The position numbers were made by a program, and so were the translations under genes. From an uncultured Methanoregulaceae archaeon (GTDB lineage: Archaea; Halobacteriota; Methanomicrobia; Methanomicrobiales; Methanospirillaceae), in contig OY969564.1 in assembly GCA_963701095.1 (NCBI GenBank), positions 2,048,001 to 2,112,000 on the forward strand: 64,000 nt of DNA, written 5' to 3'. Below the pieces are notes generated by a model that saw nothing but the letters and a program-made list of their open reading frames with translations, had not been told where the DNA came from and did no database searches. Positions 23,197-31,437 of the stretch are shown in pieces; position 1 is the first letter of the stretch; every line of letters begins with the position of its first letter.

Positions 23197-23343
23197 ATGA
23201 GTAAACGAGCAACGATTGAACTGGGATGCAACAATGAACGCATCATTGACACGCTTATCGAAAAAGGAATTTATAAAACCAAAATTGAGGCGATTCGTGC
23301 TGCAGTACGTGAACATGGAACGAAGTATGGAGTCCCCGCATGA
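23197..23343 (+). CDS. small RHH/CopG-like regulator (Cro-like position)
   Basis: GAGGTG RBS; MSKRATIEL...IIDTLIEKGIYKTKIEAIRAAVRE (48 aa, below the ORF-track cutoff). Confidence 0.7.
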   Translation: MSKRATIELGCNNERIIDTLIEKGIYKTKIEAIRAAVREHGTKYGVPA

Positions 23344-23492
23344 CCGAAGCAGTACCGAAATATATCAGCCGGGCTGCGATGGATGCATTTGAAAAAGAGG
23401 ACCCTGCCGGAGCACGGTTAATCGTAGCATTTGGTCTGGTCAAGATTATCGGAGAAAATGGTGACCGGCATGGAAGCAAAAACGGAATTTAA
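23340..23492 (+). CDS. small viral hypothetical protein
   Basis: ATGA overlap with the previous gene; MTEAVPKYISRAAMDAFEKEDP. Confidence 0.5.
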   Translation: MTEAVPKYISRAAMDAFEKEDPAGARLIVAFGLVKIIGENGDRHGSKNGI

Positions 23493-23790
23493 AGGCGCCC
23501 CGACCCCACAGCCTGCAAGCATCGCGGGAGAGGGAAGCGCCGGTATAGTATCTGAACAAAAGAAGAAATATGTACGCTCAACCTGCCTCCGGTGCTGGCA
23601 GAAAGTCATTATCGCGTGGAAAAAGGGCGATTACCTGAAGAACAAGAAATGCCCCCTCTGTGGAGGAAGGTTAATGGGTAAGGTGCCAGTCAATAAGAGA
23701 GATCCCTATCCTGGCGAACCAAGGGGGCGAGTGATGACCCCTACCCCTTTCCTTCGTGTCGAATCAGAAAACGGGGGAGTTTCGATTTGA
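23470..23790 (+). CDS. viral zinc-finger protein
   Basis: CLRC...CPLC. Confidence 0.6.
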   Translation: MEAKTEFKGAPTPQPASIAGEGSAGIVSEQKKKYVRSTCLRCWQKVIIAWKKGDYLKNKKCPLCGGRLMGKVPVNKRDPYPGEPRGRVMTPTPFLRVESENGGVSI

Positions 23791-23800
23791 TTTTTTCCAA

Positions 23801-23824
23801 TTATGTTATGTTATGTTATGTTAC
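23801..23824. repeat. (TTATG)x4 tandem repeat
   Basis: ttatgttatgttatgttatgttac. Confidence 0.9.
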
Positions 23825-23866
23825 TCGTACCGGTACGCTAAGAGAGAGAAAGAGAGTGGTGCTGAA

Positions 23867-24331
23867 ATGATTCGGACCACAGTCTATCTCGATCAGGATT
23901 ACGAGGATCTTAAACCCCTCCTCAAGCGCCGGGGAGTGACTAATTTTTCTGAGGTCTGCCGGGATCTCATTATGTTCCTGATAGGCGATGGGGAAACAGA
24001 ACTCACCAAGACGCAGATACGGGAGCTCACAAGCCAGTTTGCCAAAATGAAACTTGCCGAACTGCAAAAACAGCAGAAGATAACCGGAGCGACCGAAGAG
24101 GAAAAGCAGAAGATCGACGCATTCCGGGCAAAGCGGATGGCCAAGATCATCGAATCGGTAAAGGTAGAATCCTCTCGCATAGGCACCGACCGGTTCAAGC
24201 GATACCTGGATGATCCGTATGGTGACTATGCAATCATCCAGGACGACATTATTGCTGCGGTATCTCAGGCTTCCGGGTATCAGGTAAATCTTGCGGACCT
24301 CATCCAGGCATTCAAGGCAGTATCATCATGA
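23867..24331 (+). CDS. viral protein with RHH-like N-terminus
   Basis: MIRTTVYLD...NFSEVCRDLI. Confidence 0.6.
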   Translation: MIRTTVYLDQDYEDLKPLLKRRGVTNFSEVCRDLIMFLIGDGETELTKTQIRELTSQFAKMKLAELQKQQKITGATEEEKQKIDAFRAKRMAKIIESVKVESSRIGTDRFKRYLDDPYGDYAIIQDDIIAAVSQASGYQVNLADLIQAFKAVSS

Positions 24332-24795
24332 CCCGGTCGTGGCCTGTCTCTCCAGATGCGAAGGAGTCCCGCCGGGGCGCTCGTATCAAGAACGCGAAGA
24401 AAACCGTTATCGATGGGATACTGTTTGCGTCACGTATGGAATCCCGGCGATATGTCGAGCTTAAGAAACTGAAAGCGGCTGGTGTCGTGACTAAAATCGA
24501 GTGCCAGCCGGTATTTGAACTCCAACCGGCGTACCGGAAATGCTGCGACGTGACATATAACGCCGAAGATGCGCCGTTCCTTTATAAAAAAGGTATCTGC
24601 GAGTGTTGCGGGAAGAAGATGCCGATAATCAAAGCGATCCGGTATGTTGCCGATTTCCGTGTGACCTATGCAGATGGCAGGGTAGAGATTGAAGATGTAA
24701 AAGGCCATGAAACCGAAATTTTCAAGATCAAGAAAAAGATCCTGGAATGCAGGTATCCGGAGATCACGCTTAAAGTAGTAACGAAGGTGCGGTGA
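24328..24795 (+). CDS. DUF1064-family PD-(D/E)xK nuclease
   Basis: IDGILFAS..E..RY, YVADF, IEDVKG; Cys-rich insertion. Confidence 0.82.
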   Translation: MTRSWPVSPDAKESRRGARIKNAKKTVIDGILFASRMESRRYVELKKLKAAGVVTKIECQPVFELQPAYRKCCDVTYNAEDAPFLYKKGICECCGKKMPIIKAIRYVADFRVTYADGRVEIEDVKGHETEIFKIKKKILECRYPEITLKVVTKVR

Positions 24796-25321
24796 TGTCG
24801 CACCAGCGCAAAGGGGATTACAAAACCCAGAAGGATGAGTGGGAAACCCCGGACTGGCTCTTTGCATTACTTGATCGGGAGTTTAATTTCAGGGTGGATG
24901 CAGCCGCTCGTAAACACAACACAAAGACCGGACTATATTTTGAGGATGCGATTTCTGTGGACTGGGCACATCAAGGGGGAATTGACCCAGCTATTTCCTT
25001 AATCCTCCCTACAGTGTCGGGAATATCAACCGGTTCATGAAGAAAGCCTACAAGGAATCTTTGAAGGGTGCGGTAGTCGTTTGCCTCGTACCAGTCGCAT
25101 CAGATACCCGGTGGTGGCATGATTACGTCATGCATGCGCAGGAGATCCGGTTTATCCGGGGCCGGGTGAAGTTCATCGGCTATGATGAGCATGGAAAACA
25201 GATCCAGAACTCTCCGACATTCTCTTCGTGTGTGGTGATCTTCAAACAGGAACGGCGTCAGGACTGGGAAAACCCAAGAATCGGCGAAACCATCCTGCAA
25301 CCCCGGAAGGTGCCAGCGTGA
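24792..25321 (+). CDS. phage-type DNA N6-adenine methyltransferase (frameshift near 24980)
   Basis: DEWETP...VDAAA, then FLNPPYS and LVPVASDTRWW...FIRGRVKF in the next frame. Confidence 0.85.
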
Positions 25322-25500
25322 GTCTTTGGATCCTGATTGACGGGCGCCGGGAACACATCTGGAGAGCCGGACAGATCAAGGACGAACGGGAAAAGAAACG
25401 ATGGGTGAAGGACATAGAGAACTTTAACAGGATGGAGGGATACCCGCTCCGTCGGGTCGTGGTATCGCGGGATGAAGTCATTGTGGCCGGGGTGGAGTAA
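25318..25500 (+). CDS. small viral hypothetical protein
   Basis: GTG start overlapping the methyltransferase stop. Confidence 0.45.
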   Translation: MSLWILIDGRREHIWRAGQIKDEREKKRWVKDIENFNRMEGYPLRRVVVSRDEVIVAGVE

Positions 25501-25646
25501 TGACCGTCCAATGCATCCGCTGCCCTCGCGCAGTTGATGACCCCGTGCCGGCATCATGGCTGGAGAAGTTCCCGGAACTCGCCGGGATGTGTAAGCACTG
25601 TGCTACGGAATATGTTGGTGCGAGGATAGCAGAGGGAATGGAATGA
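25500..25646 (+). CDS. small CxxC-CxxC viral protein
   Basis: MTVQCIRC...MCKHC; TAATG coupling. Confidence 0.5.
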   Translation: MTVQCIRCPRAVDDPVPASWLEKFPELAGMCKHCATEYVGARIAEGME

Positions 25647-25658
25647 ACCGGCAACGGA

Positions 25659-25904
25659 ATGGACGTTCAGGGGAGTGAGTGCATAGTGAGTGAGGAGACA
25701 GAATTCAATTGGGGACGTTCACGGAGCAAGAAAGCAAAATATGTCCATCTTTTTATCAATGGAAAAGCCAGCTGCGGACAAGGGCCAAGGATGGACTTGC
25801 AAAACGATGACTGGGACCCCAATAATCCCGAAACATGCCCACACTGCAAGGAATATTATGCCTGGCTAAAAAAGGGATTTCACCGCGTTCCAGAGTACAC
25901 TTAG
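25659..25904 (+). CDS. small viral hypothetical protein (H/C-rich)
   Basis: VHLF...SCG...CPHC. Confidence 0.5.
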   Translation: MDVQGSECIVSEETEFNWGRSRSKKAKYVHLFINGKASCGQGPRMDLQNDDWDPNNPETCPHCKEYYAWLKKGFHRVPEYT

Positions 25905-25914
25905 ATTAATTATT

Positions 25915-26724
25915 TCAAAAAAAATCAGATAGAGAAGAGTTTATATTTTTTATCTTTTTTGGCGGGTAATATACACCTATCAATAACCAATTATTCCACT
26001 TGCTTTCTGTCCCCATATAAAAATAAATATCTCGTTTTGTGAGCTCGTCAAAATATTTTTGTTTGACCTTCGCAAAGCAGTTATCCAATCCATATTTATC
26101 CCGCATCTTTCTCCACAGTTCACCCAGTTCCCAATCTTCACACATCATGTTATGATCTTTACATCGATCATCACAACATCTGAAATGATACCCCATCCAA
26201 TAAGGAATATATTCTAATGGTGACTTGTAATCTCCACAAAGTGTGGTTTGTCTTCCGGTGATTAATTCCTTCTCCCAATCCCTGCATGCACCACGATCTT
26301 TTTTATAAAAATCAAAAATTCGATTGGGTTTGATCAATCCTAAGGATGTTCCATCCTCTTCAGATCGCTCTATCAAGTCTTCAACTGATTTATTCAGGAG
26401 AGGAAGGATAATTTTATTTCGTGCATCCCAATCAATGGGGCTTTTAGAGAGGGACTCATCAACTATTTCTATGGTATCTGGTTTTATTTTGTGGCTTTCC
26501 TTTCTTTGGTATTTTTCATGTTCTTTTGATTTTTGTGCTTCTACTTCAATCCAAATGTATCTTTTAAATTGTTTATGAGGCGGGAGCTTGCGAAAAGGTA
26601 CTGGATACATCCTTATCCAGTTTCCTTCGTCGGTTATACCTGCCACACATACTGTTTCTTCATATTTTTCACTTAAATTTGGATACGCCTTAACAGTAAC
26701 AAAAACTTTAACTTTTTTCCACAT
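25915..26724 (-). CDS. conserved DUF488-associated protein (probable OB-fold)
   Basis: VKAYP..S.KY.ETVCVAG...WIRMYPVPFR, SLGLIKP, DWELG; AT-rich. Confidence 0.65.
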   Translation of the reverse strand: MWKKVKVFVTVKAYPNLSEKYEETVCVAGITDEGNWIRMYPVPFRKLPPHKQFKRYIWIEVEAQKSKEHEKYQRKESHKIKPDTIEIVDESLSKSPIDWDARNKIILPLLNKSVEDLIERSEEDGTSLGLIKPNRIFDFYKKDRGACRDWEKELITGRQTTLCGDYKSPLEYIPYWMGYHFRCCDDRCKDHNMMCEDWELGELWRKMRDKYGLDNCFAKVKQKYFDELTKRDIYFYMGTESKWNNWLLIGVYYPPKKIKNINSSLSDFF

Positions 26725-26783
26725 ACTTCCCTTTAAAGCGAATAATAATAAATTCTTCGAGTATTAGAGAATTTTTAACCGTC

Positions 26784-27827
26784 TTATAAATCAATTCTTT
26801 CTTTAAATTCACCGGTTGCTAATATCAAGTTTGCCAAAATATGCCTATGGCAATGTATTTTCTGATCTCTAGTTGGTTTGGCATGCTTTTCCATACACAT
26901 TAAAACGGTCTTGCCGTTACTTTTTATTTCATCCACAAATTTCTTGAAGTCCATTTCTTTCTCAGTATGCCATTTGTAATATTTTTCAAGACATTCTATA
27001 GGAATAGCTCCATCCTTGTATGGGTTTTGCCATTCATATGGAATCCCAAGATCGGGACGGTGCTCGTATTTTATTTTGGCTCTATCCAATTCCCTTGCTA
27101 GAATGGATTTATTAAAATCTGGTTTATATTGAGATTCTGCTGAGAATCGAACGTCTATCAGACGTACGATACCATTATTTTTGAGTATCTCAATGAACTG
27201 TTGAATTTCTTTCCCCTCATAGCCGATTGTATAAATTGTATTATTGAGGAAACGATCTCTTTCCCTTCTTGCATCCTCCTCATTAGTTATATTCTTTGAT
27301 TTTAATATTTTTAATAACACGGGCTGTGCTGATTTCTCAAGCGATGAAATAATTAGTGCTATTGAGTTGCTTATGCTGCCATCAGCCAACGCCTTAGCTA
27401 CGGTTTCATGTAAATCTAAAGCCAGTTGTACCCTGCTATTTACCCAAGTGTGGCTTTTACCAACTTTTTCTGCTATTGCAGCACCTGATAATTTAGTGGT
27501 CTCCATTATTGCTTTTAAAACTCGCCCCTGTTCAACCTGACTCATTTCTTGCCTAAGCAGGTTGGTTTTGATGCTGAGAAACATTGCATCAAGATCACTG
27601 AGGTCTTTCACAGTGGCTTCAATCTCCTTCCATCCGAGTTCTTTAGCTGCTTGGACTCGGTTGTGTCCACCAATTAATTCATACCCTTCTCCCTTGGGTC
27701 TTACGAGGATCGGATTCCACTGACCATCTTCTTTAAGACTTTCTCTTAATTCACTGATGTACTCAGGATCGAGTTTTTCACGAACAGTAAAAGTCGTATC
27801 ATCAATTTTGCTTATTTTTATCTTCAC
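26784..27827 (-). CDS. ParB/Srx-HTH-DUF488 fusion protein
   Basis: SLKEDGQWNPILVR...GGHNRVQA, HTH, then IYTIGYEG, LIDVR, LMCME...CHR. Confidence 0.88.
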   Translation of the reverse strand: MKIKISKIDDTTFTVREKLDPEYISELRESLKEDGQWNPILVRPKGEGYELIGGHNRVQAAKELGWKEIEATVKDLSDLDAMFLSIKTNLLRQEMSQVEQGRVLKAIMETTKLSGAAIAEKVGKSHTWVNSRVQLALDLHETVAKALADGSISNSIALIISSLEKSAQPVLLKILKSKNITNEEDARRERDRFLNNTIYTIGYEGKEIQQFIEILKNNGIVRLIDVRFSAESQYKPDFNKSILARELDRAKIKYEHRPDLGIPYEWQNPYKDGAIPIECLEKYYKWHTEKEMDFKKFVDEIKSNGKTVLMCMEKHAKPTRDQKIHCHRHILANLILATGEFKERIDL

Positions 27828-27871
27828 TGATCATCACCTAAAAATTGTTTTTGAGTTTTTTATGATTCATC

Positions 27872-28087
27872 TTATTTATTTACCTTCCAAGTAATATTAC
27901 CACTCGTTTTTTCTCTGATCAATCCTATGTCCCTCTCCATCCATTTAACCCAAGTATTGTTTGGCACTTTTTGAGGGAAATTTGCTCTCGTTTTTATCTC
28001 ACTCCAAGTGAGTCCCCGAGGATTTGTTATTAACAGATCTTTTATCTTTTCTTTAAACGTTTCATACGTCATTTTCTCTTCTTTCAT
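27872..28087 (-). CDS. small winged-helix-like protein
   Basis: KIKDLL...GLTWSEIK pattern; first gene of the cassette. Confidence 0.55.
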   Translation of the reverse strand: MKEEKMTYETFKEKIKDLLITNPRGLTWSEIKTRANFPQKVPNNTWVKWMERDIGLIREKTSGNITWKVNK

Positions 28088-28369
28088 TCTCAGCTGCCCC
28101 TTATATTTTTACTTTTAGATACTTCCCCCAAATATAAATGAGTTTTCTTTAGTTCTTTTTACACTCTTTTCGATAATCTTCTACGACGTTAATTTTATGG
28201 GAATATTTCAGTAAGGATTTTTGCATTTAGGGATAAATCGTGGCTTCTCCTGGGCTAGTGCTATCCATTCACACCCACCCTCCCGTACCCTCATTGACCG
28301 TCCTGAACCTCACCTATCGTTTATCTCAGTCCCGCAGCCATTTTCCTTTGTATTTCCCGCAAGTATGCG

Positions 28370-28840
28370 GTGAAGGACACGTGCACTATGCCAGACAACG
28401 GAATGTCAGCCGATATCCTCGGCCTGTTTTTCGGTCAGTACAACTCCGCAGAAGGTGAGACTGACCCCAGTACCGATCTCACGATTGCAAAATCAGATCT
28501 CCTCGGTCTTGGTTCCGAACGCCTCATTGTAGGCCGGTACGCATGGAAAAACTCAACCAACCACACGCCATCCCTCGTCTGCCAGGTGGCAATCGACGGG
28601 CTTCCAATCATATCTGATTATGGCGGTGCAAACATCTGGGCCTCAGGTCGTGCCGGAACCATCGATGAAGTGGTATTTCAGTATCCCAACACCGCAAAAG
28701 CTCTCTCGCTTGGCAAACACACCGTCACCATCACGCCCGGTGTCCATTATGGCGTTCTGGGCGCCCAGAACACCTTCGGTATCGGTTTCCCGGCAACATC
28801 CTGGTTCACCCCCAGGACGTTCAGCATCACGTTAGTGTAA
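28370..28840 (+). CDS. viral hypothetical protein (beta-rich)
   Basis: 156-aa ORF with virus-like codon usage. Confidence 0.6.
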   Translation: MKDTCTMPDNGMSADILGLFFGQYNSAEGETDPSTDLTIAKSDLLGLGSERLIVGRYAWKNSTNHTPSLVCQVAIDGLPIISDYGGANIWASGRAGTIDEVVFQYPNTAKALSLGKHTVTITPGVHYGVLGAQNTFGIGFPATSWFTPRTFSITLV

Positions 28841-28843
28841 ATC

Positions 28844-29311
28844 ATGCCCCTTTCACCCGATAAGATCGGCAATGGTGTAGCCGGGATAGATTTCGACCCG
28901 TATGCCGGGCAGGAAGACAGCCCGTTTCTGCCTAACCCGCTCGTCCTGCTCTGTTTCCTCATCGGACAAGTGTACCCACCGGCCATGGACTGGATGGGAT
29001 ACTTTCCCCCTCACAATTACCGCCAGTGGCACATCGTCGAACAGGCGCTCGCGGCAGGCTGGAACAATGGCGCCATCAAGAGAGGTGTCGTTCCTGCCAT
29101 TCCAACGTGCCCGATCCTCTGGCAGGACGTTTCCCACTACTGGAACTTCGGCGGTATTGTCGGGATCCTTGCCTATGAGCTGGTTGCATACATCCGCGTT
29201 GTTATGGTCATCGTCGGGCTCCTGCTACTCGTGCACTGGAATACCCTCACGCCCCAGAAAGCGCTCACGATCATCCTGCAGCAGTTCGGGATCGTGGTGC
29301 CTACGTCATAA
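28844..29311 (+). CDS. viral membrane protein
   Basis: C-terminal hydrophobic segments. Confidence 0.6.
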   Translation: MPLSPDKIGNGVAGIDFDPYAGQEDSPFLPNPLVLLCFLIGQVYPPAMDWMGYFPPHNYRQWHIVEQALAAGWNNGAIKRGVVPAIPTCPILWQDVSHYWNFGGIVGILAYELVAYIRVVMVIVGLLLLVHWNTLTPQKALTIILQQFGIVVPTS

Positions 29312-29327
29312 GAATATGAACACCATC

Positions 29328-29421
29328 GGGTCTGTGTTTGCTGCCGTCTGGACGCTGTTCCATGGTACGGGTGCAAAGCTCTTACACCTTCAAGGGTGCG
29401 GTTCGTTCCGCCACAGATCCA
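29328..29421 (+). ncRNA. tRNA-like multibranch structured RNA
   Basis: GGGTCTGTG/CACAGATCC closing stem, GCGG-TTCGTT-CCGC T-arm-like hairpin, two internal hairpins. Confidence 0.5.
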
Positions 29422-29498
29422 TGCCCGGTGTTGCCGGTGGTTTGGTCACCAGCCGGCCGCCCGGGACAACTAACGACAATGCCTTTGCACATCCTCTA

Positions 29499-29528
29499 TC
29501 CGGCGGTTGTTCACCTCCTCCCGCCGGA
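29499..29528 (+). ncRNA. hairpin exposing an anti-Shine-Dalgarno sequence
   Basis: TCCGGCGG/CCGCCGGA stem; loop contains TCACCTCCT. Confidence 0.4.
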
Positions 29529-29532
29529 ATGT

Positions 29533-29608
29533 GCCACTGAAGCACCTGCTGGCTCGGTGCGTTCAGCCTGTAACTGAAAGGGCGCAGGTTCGATTCCTGC
29601 CAGTGGCT
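29533..29608 (+). tRNA. tRNA-Thr(UGU), atypical
   Basis: acceptor GCCACTG/CAGTGGC+T, D stem GCAC/GTGC, anticodon arm TTCAG-CCTGTAA-CTGAA, T arm GCAGG-TTCGATT-CCTGC. Confidence 0.8.
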
Positions 29609-29612
29609 TTCC

Positions 29613-29765
29613 ATGCGAACACGATTCTGTAGAGAGTGTGGGGAAACGTTCGAGGCGGTTGACGATAACGACTGGCTCTGCAAGAAATGTCTGCTCGCGG
29701 GATTCCGCGTATTATCCCAGGATACCAGAAAAATCGCCAGGAAAGAAGAGGTTCCGAACCAATGA
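29613..29765 (+). CDS. small zinc-finger protein
   Basis: MRTRFCRECG...LCKKC; ATGA overlap with the next gene. Confidence 0.55.
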   Translation: MRTRFCRECGETFEAVDDNDWLCKKCLLAGFRVLSQDTRKIARKEEVPNQ

Positions 29766-30373
29766 AAAACCCGTTAAAAGAAGAACCTGTGCCTGCCGGT
29801 GTGGGTAAAATCCTGCTGACGCATCTCATCCCGGATCCAAAGAACCCGCGTAAAGATCTTAAAAAAGGCGATCCGGAATTTGAGAAGATCACCACGTCCC
29901 TTGAAAAGTTCGGACAACTCGATCCGATCATCTTCAATACCCGTACCCGGAAGGTGCTCGGCGGTCATCAGCGGTTGAAAGTCCTCGCATCAAACGGATA
30001 TACGGAACTTAACACGTTTACGGTAGGGGCATACACCTGGGCATTTGCAGAGACCGATCTTGCAGAACTCTCACCATCGGAAGAAAACGCTGCTAATATC
30101 GCCCTGAATAAAGCGCAAGGCGACTGGAACGTGGACCAGCTCCTGATCAATCTCCAGGATCTTAAAGCCGAGGGAATGCTCGAGGTCTCCGGGTTTGATG
30201 AAAAGGAGTTCGAGAAATTAAAAAAGAAACTGGGAGAACCCGAAGATTCCAGCGACACCTCCCTGAAATCCGCGTTTGAAGTCATTATCGAGTGTGCTAA
30301 CGAAAGCGAACAGGAACAGGCGTATAACGAGCTCGTAGAGGCCGGGTACAAATGCCGCGTTTTGACATTGTAA
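29762..30373 (+). CDS. ParB-like N-terminal domain protein
   Basis: PDPKNPRK...SLEKFGQLDPII...GGHQRLKVL...NIALNK. Confidence 0.85.
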   Translation: MKNPLKEEPVPAGVGKILLTHLIPDPKNPRKDLKKGDPEFEKITTSLEKFGQLDPIIFNTRTRKVLGGHQRLKVLASNGYTELNTFTVGAYTWAFAETDLAELSPSEENAANIALNKAQGDWNVDQLLINLQDLKAEGMLEVSGFDEKEFEKLKKKLGEPEDSSDTSLKSAFEVIIECANESEQEQAYNELVEAGYKCRVLTL

Positions 30374-31437
30374 AGAAAACGGAAGCTGCCGGAACGTTCA
30401 AGGTTGAACAGGTAAAGGGCGCCTTCGATCTCCAGACATCTACCATCCAGGAGCATTTTGCCGGCGACATTGCCATTGAAGGTAAAGACTGGAACATCGG
30501 CCTGATTGTAGGCCGGAGCGGAACAGGGAAAACCACAATCGCAAAAGAATGCTTCACTGATGCCTACATAGCGCCAAACGATTATAGCCTGGCTGCAATC
30601 GTGGATCAGATGCCGAATGGACTTTCCTATGCTGAAATCACGCACATGTTCACGGCTGTAGGTTTTTCATCACCTCCTTCATGGCTGAAACCATACGCGG
30701 TACTGAGCAATGGGGAACAGATGCGGGTCGACCTCGCCAGGGCCCTTTTGGAAGAGCGCGAGTTGATAGTGTTCGATGAGTTTACGAGCGTGGTAGACCG
30801 GGACGTTGCGAAAGTCTGCTCTCTGGCGGTCAGTAAAGCCGTCCGAAAGATGGGTAAAAAGTTTGTCGCCGTTTCCTGTCACGATGATATCATTGCATGG
30901 TTGCAACCTGATTGGCTCTACGATACCAATCAGCAGACGTTTTCCTTTCGGGACGGCCACGAAAAACGCCCTGAAATCACGGTTGACGTATTCGACACCC
31001 ACAGAAACGCAAAGCTATGGAAGGTTTTTGCGAAGTATCACTATCTGAATACCGAGATTAAAAGGGGCACGGACACGTTTGTAGGCTGTATCAATAATGA
31101 ACCTGTAGCCTTCTGCGCTGTCAGGCATTTTCCTCACCCGATGAATCCCAGGATAAAGATGGTTCACCGGCTGGTTGTCCTGCCGGATTACCAGGGAATA
31201 GGTATAGGCACCCGGTTCCTGGGATTTGTTGCTGACCTGTATAAGAAAAAGGGATTTGCCGTTCGCCTGGTTACTTCCCAGGTGTCGCTTATCAATTCCC
31301 TGGAAAAACACGGCTGGCGGTTGAAATCGTTCGGCCACCAGGCTAAAGTAAAGAAGGCTGGACTAAAACATCTGAAAAAAACGAACAGTAACCGCAGGAT
31401 TACCGCATCGTTCAAATATACTGGGGGGATTAATTGA
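30352..31437 (+). CDS. ABC-ATPase-GNAT acetyltransferase fusion
   Basis: GRSGTGKTT, LSNGEQMR, VFDEFTS, then HRLVVLPDYQGIGIG acetyl-CoA motif. Confidence 0.88.
   Translation: MPRFDIVKKTEAAGTFKVEQVKGAFDLQTSTIQEHFAGDIAIEGKDWNIGLIVGRSGTGKTTIAKECFTDAYIAPNDYSLAAIVDQMPNGLSYAEITHMFTAVGFSSPPSWLKPYAVLSNGEQMRVDLARALLEERELIVFDEFTSVVDRDVAKVCSLAVSKAVRKMGKKFVAVSCHDDIIAWLQPDWLYDTNQQTFSFRDGHEKRPEITVDVFDTHRNAKLWKVFAKYHYLNTEIKRGTDTFVGCINNEPVAFCAVRHFPHPMNPRIKMVHRLVVLPDYQGIGIGTRFLGFVADLYKKKGFAVRLVTSQVSLINSLEKHGWRLKSFGHQAKVKKAGLKHLKKTNSNRRITASFKYTGGIN

Noticed and set aside
23801..23824. CRISPR array
   Set aside because: A 5-nt tandem repeat without spacers; no cas genes in the window
28095..28110. fourth copy of the late-promoter motif (TGCCCCTTATATTTT)
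   Set aside because: No plus-strand ATG at the 25-26 nt spacing; it more likely belongs to the leader of the minus-strand cassette
29384..29398. UCA anticodon (tRNA-Sec or opal suppressor) in the tRNA-like element
   Set aside because: CTTCAAG does not sit in a proper 7-nt loop as assembled, and there is no long variable arm
28902..29540. 212-aa ORF across the ncRNA region, and other long antisense ORFs such as 33047-33946 and 52591-53322
   Set aside because: Shadow frames overlapping better-supported genes or RNAs, with low-complexity S/R/P-rich translations
29533..29608. tRNA as the provirus attachment site
   Set aside because: It is flanked by viral genes on both sides and no duplicated 3' fragment was seen in the window
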